The notes below the pieces were generated by a model, which saw only the letters and a list, made by a program, of their open reading frames with translations, did no database searches and was not told the DNA's origin. From Halodesulfurarchaeum sp. (GTDB taxonomy: Archaea > Halobacteriota > Halobacteria > Halobacteriales > Halobacteriaceae): 64,000 nt of DNA. Shown piece by piece: positions 43,446 through 51,738 of this stretch (position 1 is the stretch's first letter; every line of letters starts with the position of its first letter). The position numbers were made by a program, and so were the translations under genes. The stretch spans positions 960,001 through 1,024,000 of the forward strand of contig JAXHNL010000002.1 of NCBI GenBank assembly GCA_034520565.1, in the 5' to 3' direction.

Positions 43446-45675
43446 TTAATCTTGGCTCAGATAATTTCTCAGAGCTGCGCCCTGACCTACTGCTGATCGG
43501 ATGTCGTGACGGATTTTCAAATTAAAGTGGAACCAGCGGTAGGGCTGTTCCCCGGGTCTTTCTTTTAGATCGGTTCCTTCTACAGAGTCGTAGTAGAGCT
43601 GGTAGTCATCTTCGAACATCTGGTTCATTTCCGCTGAGACGCCGTACTGGAACTGGTTTCCCCAGACCTGTGAAGGAGACATCAGCCAAGGACCGTACCA
43701 GCCCGTACCGTGCTTAGAGGGATAACCGTACTTCTCAGCGGCTGAAGTCGGTAAAGCTCTTCCTGGATGCGTGACTTCTCGAAAATCGGTTACTAGTGTG
43801 TCGAAAAGGCGCGGGAAAGCCCGTTTGAGGTCGTAGCTCAGGCTAAGCCAGCAACCGTACAGCTTCAGGTGCTTGTAGAGGGAACGGTTCAAAGCATCTC
43901 CCCCTCTACTACTCTGGTTTTCCGGCAAGTCGCTGTAGATATCTACCAAGCCTTCCGTGAACTCTCGAAGTAGTTCTCTGTCTCCTCGGTGGAAGAAGAT
44001 TAGGAGAGCGTAGTAGTCCATCATGCTCTCCTCCAGATTTGAGTCGAGTCCCTCGTCCTCCTCGACACAATGCTGATAGTACTGTTCTATGAAATCAAGC
44101 CATTTCTCGTTGATCTGTCTCACCAGTTCTGACTCGAACTCATCCCTAAGCTCGATCTCGTGGGTAACAAGATAGAGTAGTTCCGGGAAAGCACCGTAGG
44201 CAAAGATGTGGTTGCTGCCGAAGTCGTTCGTAAGAATCCGGTGATGAAAGTCAATGTACTCTTCGAGATATTCCTTTGTGACCCGCTCTATCCGTGGGTT
44301 CTCGATACCCTGGATATCTGCTTTCTTGAGCTTCCAGTTGAACGATTTCACGCCGTACAAGGCCGCGTAGATAAGTTGTTCCTGATGGTGTGAGGCCTCA
44401 CTGGTTGCTTCATTGAACCTGCTGGCCAAACCGTCGAAGAAGTCTCGCACCTGCCAATCTTCTACTACAAGTTTCTCGTCGATCAGAAGCTGCACCATCC
44501 TTACGTACTGCCATTGGTACTTGTTCAAGGCCCTTTGGAGAAGCAGTGCAGCGTAGTGCTGCTTGGCATCCGCACAGATATCCGCGATGTCGTCTAAATG
44601 ACTGTTGTAGTAGTCGTAGGTCCTATAGTCTCCATCCTCTAATGCCGCTACTGACACCTCATCGATCTTATCGATGCAGACGTGCCCGACCGAGGTCAGA
44701 TCTAGACCGTAGGCCTTGAAGAACAGATCCTGTATCGAATTCAGAAGTCGGCCTGACATCTGGCTTTGACCTCCCATGTCTCGGTGTTCGACAATCGAGA
44801 GAGCAGTGTCCCCCATAGCTTCTGCAATATCCTCCAGGTACTTCTGACGGGAATCGTCCTCTAAAGCGGTCTTGATCAAGAATTCGTAGTAATCCGCAAT
44901 CTCGTTGATTAAATCATCGTTAGTTATCTCACCGCTAGTCTGCTCCAAATACTGATCTGAGACTTCAGAGATAGAATCCAAAGTAGATTCGAAGACTTCC
45001 CGCTGATCCTTCTCAATAGCCCGTACTCCCTGTAGAAAACAACAGGTGAATATCCTTGACCAAATCGTCGGTAAACTCCTCATCATGCACTGGAACAATA
45101 GGCCTCCAGGTCGAATAGATGTTCCCTGGCTCTATCTTACGCAGCATCCGTTCCGTGACGTAGTCCACAATATTCGATATATTCAGGAAGAAGCCCGCGA
45201 AGAGGATGATCGCTCCAATCAGTAGAACTGCTATAATCGAAAGAGCGTAGCTAACCAAATCAAACGGTGACGTCCAACCCAGGTAAAGGCCGGTCAAGTT
45301 GAAGGCAGAGAACCCGAGTATGAAGGTGAGAATCGCGATAAGATATCTGTCCTTGAATATCAGCAAGGAGAGCTGTGGAGAGTACTCCTGATTCGCGTTC
45401 TGGATCAAGAAAATCACCAATAGGAATATGATGCTCATAAAGTTCAGAATCAAGTTGAGCGACTGACCGAATATAGCAGGATTAGAAATCTCTTGGATAA
45501 CCGGCCCGATCCCGAACGGCCTCCAGACAACCACGACTACAAGTAGAACAAAGATCAGAGCAGAGGCGCGGCACAAGAGTTGGCCATACCGGTAAAGCGA
45601 AGCACTGAACATCCGGCCTAAGCGCCTCCTTGCTCTATATAGCGAGAGTCTGAACCGATCACGAAGCCTCATCAA
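43446..45675 (-). pseudogene. DUF2254-like membrane protein split by a single-base frameshift near 45030
   Basis: N-half has TM helices and QNANQEYSPQL...FKDR; removing one G from ACA-GGG-AGT joins LFST to GVRAIEKDQR of ORF 43446-45098. Confidence 0.65.
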
Positions 45676-46164
45676 CTATTCAGCAAGTAGTTTACTACCA
45701 ACTGTTAAGTTTGTTACCTAGCGTCACTAAACTGATCTGCGAAGAACGGACATTAATTCTACAGTCAAATCGATATCAGTCGAGAAATCATATTCAACAA
45801 GAGCTAAAAACGGGGTTTTCGGAGTCCGAATTTTCCTCAAAGCTGTCTTCATCGAAAAATATACACCAAGGTCAGTCTCAGCTCTGAAGAGAGTTTGGAG
45901 AAAGAGATAACAATACTTTCGGCGGATAGACCTTAGACTGACTGCCTGCTTTAGAGTCCACTTTACACCCGAAAATGACCGAGTAAACAGGAGCGGCGCC
46001 TTTCTTGTTTCTCGATTAAGTGGTGGGGAGGTGTAGAAAGGGGTGAGACTGGATAAGAGGGTGAAACATAGTTTTATTGTCAGGTTGGTGGTGTCTCCAG
46101 TCTGAGTGGTGAGGCCCCGAGTAGAGGTTTAGTGATTTAATGGTTTGACACACATAATCTGTGT

Positions 46165-46308
46165 ATGGGATTGGGGAAGCTGTTTATCGGGTACCAGCCA
46201 GGTAAGAATGCTGAGGAGAGGAAAAGGGAACGGAGAAGGAAACTCAAACTCCTATTTAAACCTGTACTATTTGCTGTTAAGGCTTTCAGAAAGCCGGACT
46301 CTAAGTAA
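46165..46308 (+). CDS. Putative 47-aa basic peptide (not in ORF track)
   Basis: MGLGKLFIGYQPGKNAEERKRERRRKLKLLFKPVLFAVKAFRKPDSK*; TTTAAT about 25-29 nt upstream. Confidence 0.35.
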   Translation: MGLGKLFIGYQPGKNAEERKRERRRKLKLLFKPVLFAVKAFRKPDSK

Positions 46309-46326
46309 TCTCTGACATTTAGTAAC

Positions 46327-46590
46327 TCACCCTCGGGGAGTCAACACATACCATTTCACGCCAGCCCAAAATGAGCCTGCACCGGTCTGCAGAAAGACTT
46401 GTTCCAGAGAAGTCGGAGGAATATACTTTGTGAAAAAGTAGTCAACCGCCATCATAACGAAGTCCCCATCTAAAATGTGGGGTAAGGCATTTAGAGCTGC
46501 TAAAACGCCTGCTCCAAAGATATACATTGGTACAAAATTGAAGATTGCGCTATTGATGATATACTTGAAAAATCCAGTTTCATAGCTCAC
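46327..46590 (-). CDS. Small hydrophobic membrane protein, last gene of the CD-NTase operon
   Basis: 87 aa, hydrophobic, GTG start 6 nt after the SLATT stop. Confidence 0.6.
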   Translation of the reverse strand: MSYETGFFKYIINSAIFNFVPMYIFGAGVLAALNALPHILDGDFVMMAVDYFFTKYIPPTSLEQVFLQTGAGSFWAGVKWYVLTPRG

Positions 46591-46596
46591 TCCTCA

Positions 46597-47247
46597 TCAC
46601 TCTCCCCTTCCATTAAGGCTTCCTGTGAGTCGATTCTTAGTTTCCTCGTCTACGGTATCCTGACCCGGCCTCTTACCGGTTAGATTTGTTTCACCTGCCA
46701 GTTTACGCTTAGCTGTCTCGCTAGTTTCGATTTCTTGATATGGAGAACCGCCGCGAATGCGGTAGGAAAGCTTCAACCAGTAGTACCAGGTGCTGCTGAG
46801 ATCATCTTGATTCTCGTTAAGTTCACGTCTCTCAGTAGCCAGCTCCTCAAAATCCTCACGCATATTCTCTAAGCCGTACTCTTTATCAGCCAGATCTAGA
46901 GTAGCGAAATCACGAAACTCGTCAAACAACCGTTGATAGGCAGCCCCAGCCCTGTAATGATTCTCTAATCGCTTCTGAGGCCTTGCTGCTGTCCTGAATC
47001 CAGAAATAACCGCTATGCCAACGGCCAGAACAGCCATTACTTGGGTTGAGAAGGCTTCCCAGATCAACGCGTAAGTCAGTATACCAGCTAAAACAGTAGA
47101 CGTGATATCTGCTGCTTGATTAATGCCTGCATAGGCTCCACCAGCCTTGTAATGTTGTTTGTAAGTCCATAGAAGACCGTCCATCTTGTTTGCAACTCGT
47201 GTACGCAGGCGTTCGTGCGCCTCGTAGTCGAAATTATCTTCGTTCAT
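46597..47247 (-). CDS. SLATT-domain 2TM effector
   Basis: Two TM helices followed by P..RLENHYRAGAAYQRL and ATERRELN; directly downstream of the SMODS NTase; SD GAGGTG. Confidence 0.78.
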   Translation of the reverse strand: MNEDNFDYEAHERLRTRVANKMDGLLWTYKQHYKAGGAYAGINQAADITSTVLAGILTYALIWEAFSTQVMAVLAVGIAVISGFRTAARPQKRLENHYRAGAAYQRLFDEFRDFATLDLADKEYGLENMREDFEELATERRELNENQDDLSSTWYYWLKLSYRIRGGSPYQEIETSETAKRKLAGETNLTGKRPGQDTVDEETKNRLTGSLNGRGE

Positions 47248-47261
47248 TCAAATTAACACCT

Positions 47262-48323
47262 CTATGAGAAGGATTCTCCGTAGACCTCCCGGTATTTTTC
47301 TTTGGCCTCCTCAGTTTTTCCTTGCTCTTTCAGCCTCTCAGCCTCCCGGATTTTCTGACTGGCTTCATAGGCCTCTTTTGACGCCTTTCGACGTTCTCCA
47401 CGGCTCATACCCTCATCCACTCGTTCATCGTAAACGGGTTCTCTGGTCTCCTGGTTAACATAATGGGGGAGCTTCCGCATGAACCGGGACATGTGTTTCT
47501 CGGTTGAGGCGTTATCGGGCGCATCCTCCTGAAAATACCTTTGCGCCATCATAACCATGTGATAGGAGTCAACCGGCTTGCCGTTCTCCTCATTCCATTT
47601 TTTCGCTGAAACAGCTACCTTCTGTAGCTTGCCATTGTTGCTCTGGTTCACCGCTTCGTAAATCGCCTGAGCCTTCCGGGGATTCGTTCCGACCCACGAC
47701 TCCCCACCGTAAGTATCCGGAATCGCGTACCCTTCCCTCGGATCCTCGGACGTCAACCCAAACATCGCCCGGCGAGATGGCGGATCCGGATCTCTAACAT
47801 CACTATACCGATACGCAGGAGCAACTTCGACCTTGAAATCACTGAACTGGACAACAACCACATTCCGGTCAACATACACGTCCTGCTGCGAATATTTCTT
47901 GTCGAGCCTACGCCGAACCGCATTCAGAGCTTTCCGGGGACCGTCTTCCTCCTCTGCCCATTCCCCATGCTCGTCAGAATCGAGAACAACGAGAACGTCA
48001 ACATCTGAATCCTCGTCCAGAGGCCGTGTCACAGTCCCCTGCATAACGGACCCAAAAATATGGTCCTCCTCAATCTCGAGTCCCCCGTCTTTCAGATTGC
48101 CAACGACATTCTCCCGTCGTTCCTGCATATTTTTCTTCTGCCGGTCGGTGACCTCTGCTTCGTCCGCGTAGTCTTCATGTGCCTCATCGACTTCTCTTTC
48201 AGCCTTCGCGCGTTGGCCGTCGTGGTCCTGTAGCTGGGACTGATCTGGCCGCCGGTCACCCGTGGCAATAACATCATCTCCATACCCTCCAGACATACCG
48301 TATTTGGTTGGAGCATTTCCCAT
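47262..48323 (-). CDS. SMODS/cGAS-DncV-like nucleotidyltransferase (CD-NTase)
   Basis: IFGSVMQGT, SDVDVLVVL, KVEVAPAY, YAIPD...WVGTNP, KKWN...SYH; SD GAGGTGA. Confidence 0.87.
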   Translation of the reverse strand: MGNAPTKYGMSGGYGDDVIATGDRRPDQSQLQDHDGQRAKAEREVDEAHEDYADEAEVTDRQKKNMQERRENVVGNLKDGGLEIEEDHIFGSVMQGTVTRPLDEDSDVDVLVVLDSDEHGEWAEEEDGPRKALNAVRRRLDKKYSQQDVYVDRNVVVVQFSDFKVEVAPAYRYSDVRDPDPPSRRAMFGLTSEDPREGYAIPDTYGGESWVGTNPRKAQAIYEAVNQSNNGKLQKVAVSAKKWNEENGKPVDSYHMVMMAQRYFQEDAPDNASTEKHMSRFMRKLPHYVNQETREPVYDERVDEGMSRGERRKASKEAYEASQKIREAERLKEQGKTEEAKEKYREVYGESFS

Positions 48324-48325
48324 GG

Positions 48326-49141
48326 TTATGCAGTCACCTCTTGATCTTGGAATGAACCGAGAGTCGACATACCCGCTGAGAGTTCAACCTCCAATTCCGA
48401 AGCCCACTCGCCGAAACGAGTTTTCACCTGATCGATTGTGGTGTCTCGAAGACCGGTCTCCTTGATCCACCGGTTTCCAGCCGCTGCAACGACTTCGGGG
48501 GGGAACCGGCTTAATGCGTTCTTTGTCTGCGGCCCGATCAACAACAAACCGGAGGGGCTGTACTCGGAGATTATTGTCCGGACATCTTTTTCGAGTTTGT
48601 TGATAGACCGGCCGTTGGCTCCTCCGAAATACTGAGACCCGTAGAAACTGATGTAATCGAAATCCCGTGAGGCGAAGGTATCGTAGCAGATCCCACGTTC
48701 GTTTGGCGTGTAACCTTTGACGAGGGGGATGATCTCTGGACGGTCGTTTGCCAGTTGGGCGGTCATCCATTCGGTGCCGTCCATCAACTTCTGAAGGTTT
48801 CCTTCCCGGTTCTCAGGTTCCATGTCCGCATAGATGGGGTAGTCTGTTGGTATGTGGTAACGTGGGTTGAAGGATTGGACGATATCTCGTTCTTCCTCCC
48901 AGTTGAAGCCGCTGAGGTCTTCGTCCGGGATTGTGGAGGTGGTGATGACGTCGGCAGTTGTCAGGGCTTCAGCGGTTACTCCCTGTCTGAGGTACCTTCG
49001 TGCGTGGGTAACGGGGAGCATCACTGTGTCCAGGGAGGGATTGCTCTGTATGAACCGGGTGTGAAGCTCTTGCTTCGCCACACGGGGAATGATCCCTGTC
49101 GGCTTCTCGTCGCTGCCCTGACTATTTTCTTGCCGTGTCAT
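48326..49141 (-). CDS. Probable degenerate TGT/queuine-tRNA-ribosyltransferase-like TIM-barrel protein
   Basis: Motif order HIPTDYP, IIPLVKG, YISFYG, LLLIG resembles TGT lD.p, ivQG, aiGG, lmG; first gene of the operon, SD GAGGTGA. Confidence 0.5.
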   Translation of the reverse strand: MTRQENSQGSDEKPTGIIPRVAKQELHTRFIQSNPSLDTVMLPVTHARRYLRQGVTAEALTTADVITTSTIPDEDLSGFNWEEERDIVQSFNPRYHIPTDYPIYADMEPENREGNLQKLMDGTEWMTAQLANDRPEIIPLVKGYTPNERGICYDTFASRDFDYISFYGSQYFGGANGRSINKLEKDVRTIISEYSPSGLLLIGPQTKNALSRFPPEVVAAAGNRWIKETGLRDTTIDQVKTRFGEWASELEVELSAGMSTLGSFQDQEVTA

Positions 49142-49169
49142 CGTTTAATCGTCACCTCGTTTTCTGCAT

Positions 49170-49206
49170 GGATAATTATCCGTCCTCCAACGATATAAAT
49201 CCGTTG
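49170..49206. promoter_or_regulatory. Operon promoter with candidate operator palindrome GGATAATTATCC
   Basis: Perfect 12-bp palindrome 49170-49181; TATA (TTTATAT on -, 49199-49193) flanked by CAACG/CGTTG inverted repeat. Confidence 0.55.
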
Positions 49207-49308
49207 CTGCTTAAAGTCGAGTTCATACAAAATAAATTCTCCAAAACTACTGTTTACCCATACTCTTTTAGAAAAGCCCTTCACTAATACAACTGAAAGG
49301 GGAGAAAA

Positions 49309-50199
49309 ATGGCCGACGAACAAGTCCACATCATACCAGTAGGGTTCGACTACGAACGATTATTCCAACCGATAACACAGGGAAAACTCGAAGCCGACAG
49401 GATACATCTTCTACATTCCTCACGAGAAGAAAGTGACCAGGAAGCACAGCAACTGGCCAAACGGATGCTCGACAAACTCGAAGAAACGTTCGACACTGTT
49501 CTCGGAAAACCTGTTGAGAAAACCAGTGTGAACGGGATTTTTGAATTTGAAGAATTGTATCCAATGGCCTACGAAATGATTTTGGGAGAAGTCGAAGACG
49601 GCAACGAAGTCTGGATCAACATCTCCTCGATGCCCCGCACCGTCGCATTCGCATTCGCCACCGCCGCCAACTCATTACTAATTGAAAACTCCGACTACCA
49701 GAACCGGATACACACCTACTATGTCTCCCCTGAGGAATACCTCGTCACCAAAATGATCCGGCAATTTAAGGAAGAAAAAGAATTCCTCAAAAACCACAGA
49801 GACAAGGGAGAAAAATTTGAGGAAAGATACCAGAAAATATCCGAGATCACCGACTCTATCGAAGATAGCGGAGTCACCAAAGGAGCCGAAAAAAAGAACG
49901 GAGGCATGCACGTCGAATTTCCCACAATTCCAAGCAGCGACCTCCACAAATTCGAAAAAACCATCCTCCACTTCCTTGACTCCAACGTTGAACCTGACTC
50001 AATCTCCGACCTCTCACAAAAACTTGCAGCAGAAAACCAGGAAGACATCGATCTCGACTCATTCAAAAGCAAAGTCCAATACAACATTAACCAGCTCGAA
50101 AACAAGGGATTCGTAGAACTCATCAAAGAGAAAAACCGGCATAAACCCCGCCTCGACACCATGGGCAAACTCTGGGTTAAAACTCACAACCCGGCTTAA
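49309..50199 (+). CDS. HFX_2341/DUF6293-family transcriptional regulator, island copy
   Basis: VHIIPVGFDYERL, VWINISSMPRTVAFAFATAA, HTYYVSPEEY, wHTH FKSKVQYNI...MGKLWV; clearly homologous to 197-1144. Confidence 0.87.
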   Translation: MADEQVHIIPVGFDYERLFQPITQGKLEADRIHLLHSSREESDQEAQQLAKRMLDKLEETFDTVLGKPVEKTSVNGIFEFEELYPMAYEMILGEVEDGNEVWINISSMPRTVAFAFATAANSLLIENSDYQNRIHTYYVSPEEYLVTKMIRQFKEEKEFLKNHRDKGEKFEERYQKISEITDSIEDSGVTKGAEKKNGGMHVEFPTIPSSDLHKFEKTILHFLDSNVEPDSISDLSQKLAAENQEDIDLDSFKSKVQYNINQLENKGFVELIKEKNRHKPRLDTMGKLWVKTHNPA

Positions 50200-50470
50200 T
50201 CATCGACTCCAGCGTTTTGGCATTGTTCATGTGGTATTTTAGCAATCTTCTGTCTTCTGGAAGCCCCGACCGGTCGGCTGATTTCGACTCGCTGCGCTCC
50301 TTGCTTTGTTGTGATGCTTGCATTGTATCAACGGGCCAATCGGTCGGCCCCTTTCGAGGCTTTACCCGAACGGATGCCCCCCAAGGCCAGATGGTCGATC
50401 ACGTATCTGAAAAGTGCCCCTCTTTTTAATCACTGAGTGGATTTTAGCCGACAGACAGGAGACTATGTTT

Positions 50471-50587
50471 ATGTCCAAACGAACCCGGTCTGTTTGGCGT
50501 GAGTGTCCCGCGTGTGGTGAGAAACAGAAGGTAACCCAGGGCGGGTGGGCAACGTGTCGAAACTGCGGCAAGAACTTCCATGCATGA
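50471..50587 (+). CDS. 38-aa CPxCG zinc-finger microprotein (not in ORF track)
   Basis: MSKRTRSVWRECPACGEKQKVTQGGWATCRNCGKNFHA*. Confidence 0.6.
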   Translation: MSKRTRSVWRECPACGEKQKVTQGGWATCRNCGKNFHA

Positions 50588-50679
50588 TTGACGTGGACAG
50601 TACGGGATAGCTGGCCAATCTGATGTGTCGATGGCCATTCTCCCTGGGATCGATCCTCTTCATGCGCATACACGGACAC

Positions 50680-50808
50680 GGATTTTCACGGATCGCGCCC
50701 GAAATCACACAGTTGTATCCGAATCTATCCCTCGCCGATGTCCATCGCGCTTTCGCCTTTTATTACGATCATATTGGTCTGTCTCGGTTACTGCGAACCG
50801 TGCGTTGA
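50680..50808 (+). pseudogene. DUF433-family (antitoxin-like) C-terminal remnant
   Basis: EITQLYPNLSLADVHRAFAFYYDH; N-terminal part not recognisable. Confidence 0.55.
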
Positions 50809-50876
50809 GAACGCAGACCCAGCGTTCCAATCCTCCGACCGAAACACCTTCTCGTTGACCACCCCTTCCCCAAGCC

Positions 50877-51605
50877 ATGCGATTGGCGAGGGCCCGGACC
50901 GCGGACGGCATCGTGACGGGCGAATACGACGACGGGATGATCGTCACCGACAGCGAACGGTATGCCATCGCTGCGGGAGACGCCGAACTGCTCGCACCGA
51001 CCGAGCCGACCGCCCTCTACTGCGTCGGTCGCAACTACACGGCGACCCTCGACCAGATGGACTACGACCTGCCGGACGAACCGGATTTCTTCATCAAACC
51101 GCCGGCTTCGGTCCACCCGCCGGAGGAACCCATCGAATATCCGGCCTTCACCGAGGAACTCACCTACGCTGGGGAACTCGCGGCCGTGATCGGCGAGCGG
51201 GCCCGCGACGTCGACCCGGAGGCGGTGCCCTCCGTCGTCCGCGGGTACACCATCATGAACGATCTCGACGCTCTAGACCAACCGGGCCGGACCGCCCGGA
51301 AGGCCTTCGATGGATCGGCCCCGCTCGGGCCGTGGATCGAAACCGACATCGACCCCTCGGATCTCGAGATGCACACCGACGTTGCCGGGGAACGACGACA
51401 GGAAGCCAACACGGGCCAGATGATTTTCGACCCCTTCGAAGTCGTCTCCTTCCTCTCGCGGCGACTCACGCTGGAACCCGGAGACGTGGTCGCCTTCGGC
51501 AGTCCGGCTAACCCCGGGACACTCGAACCGGACGACGCCGTCGAGATCACCTACGAGGGCATCGGCACGCTCCGGAACCGGGTCGTGGAGCCGGGCGGGG
51601 CCTGA
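50877..51605 (+). CDS. Fumarylacetoacetate hydrolase family protein
   Basis: CVGRNY, FFIKP, GYTIMND, KAFDGSAPLGPW, TLEPGDV. Confidence 0.9.
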   Translation: MRLARARTADGIVTGEYDDGMIVTDSERYAIAAGDAELLAPTEPTALYCVGRNYTATLDQMDYDLPDEPDFFIKPPASVHPPEEPIEYPAFTEELTYAGELAAVIGERARDVDPEAVPSVVRGYTIMNDLDALDQPGRTARKAFDGSAPLGPWIETDIDPSDLEMHTDVAGERRQEANTGQMIFDPFEVVSFLSRRLTLEPGDVVAFGSPANPGTLEPDDAVEITYEGIGTLRNRVVEPGGA

Positions 51606-51738
51606 GAGGGAGAGGGACGGCTCGAGGAACGGGGGCATCGGGCAGCCAGATCTGCCGCGTGGGGTCAAACCCTTTTAGGGGAAGCCGGCGAATCACCGGT
51701 ATGACCAATCCGTTCATTCCCGGGACCGACCGGAGGCG

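Larger units (their letters stand above)
41131..50830. mobile_element. AT-richer genomic/defence island (decayed integrated element); boundaries approximate
   Basis: Abrupt compositional shift after 41130; plasmid-like pseudogenes and defence cargo; no integrase or att repeat seen. Confidence 0.75.

Noticed and set aside
50200-50870. attR direct repeat of the sRNA 3' end
   Set aside because: Only a 6-nt match (CGAGGC) was found, which is not significant
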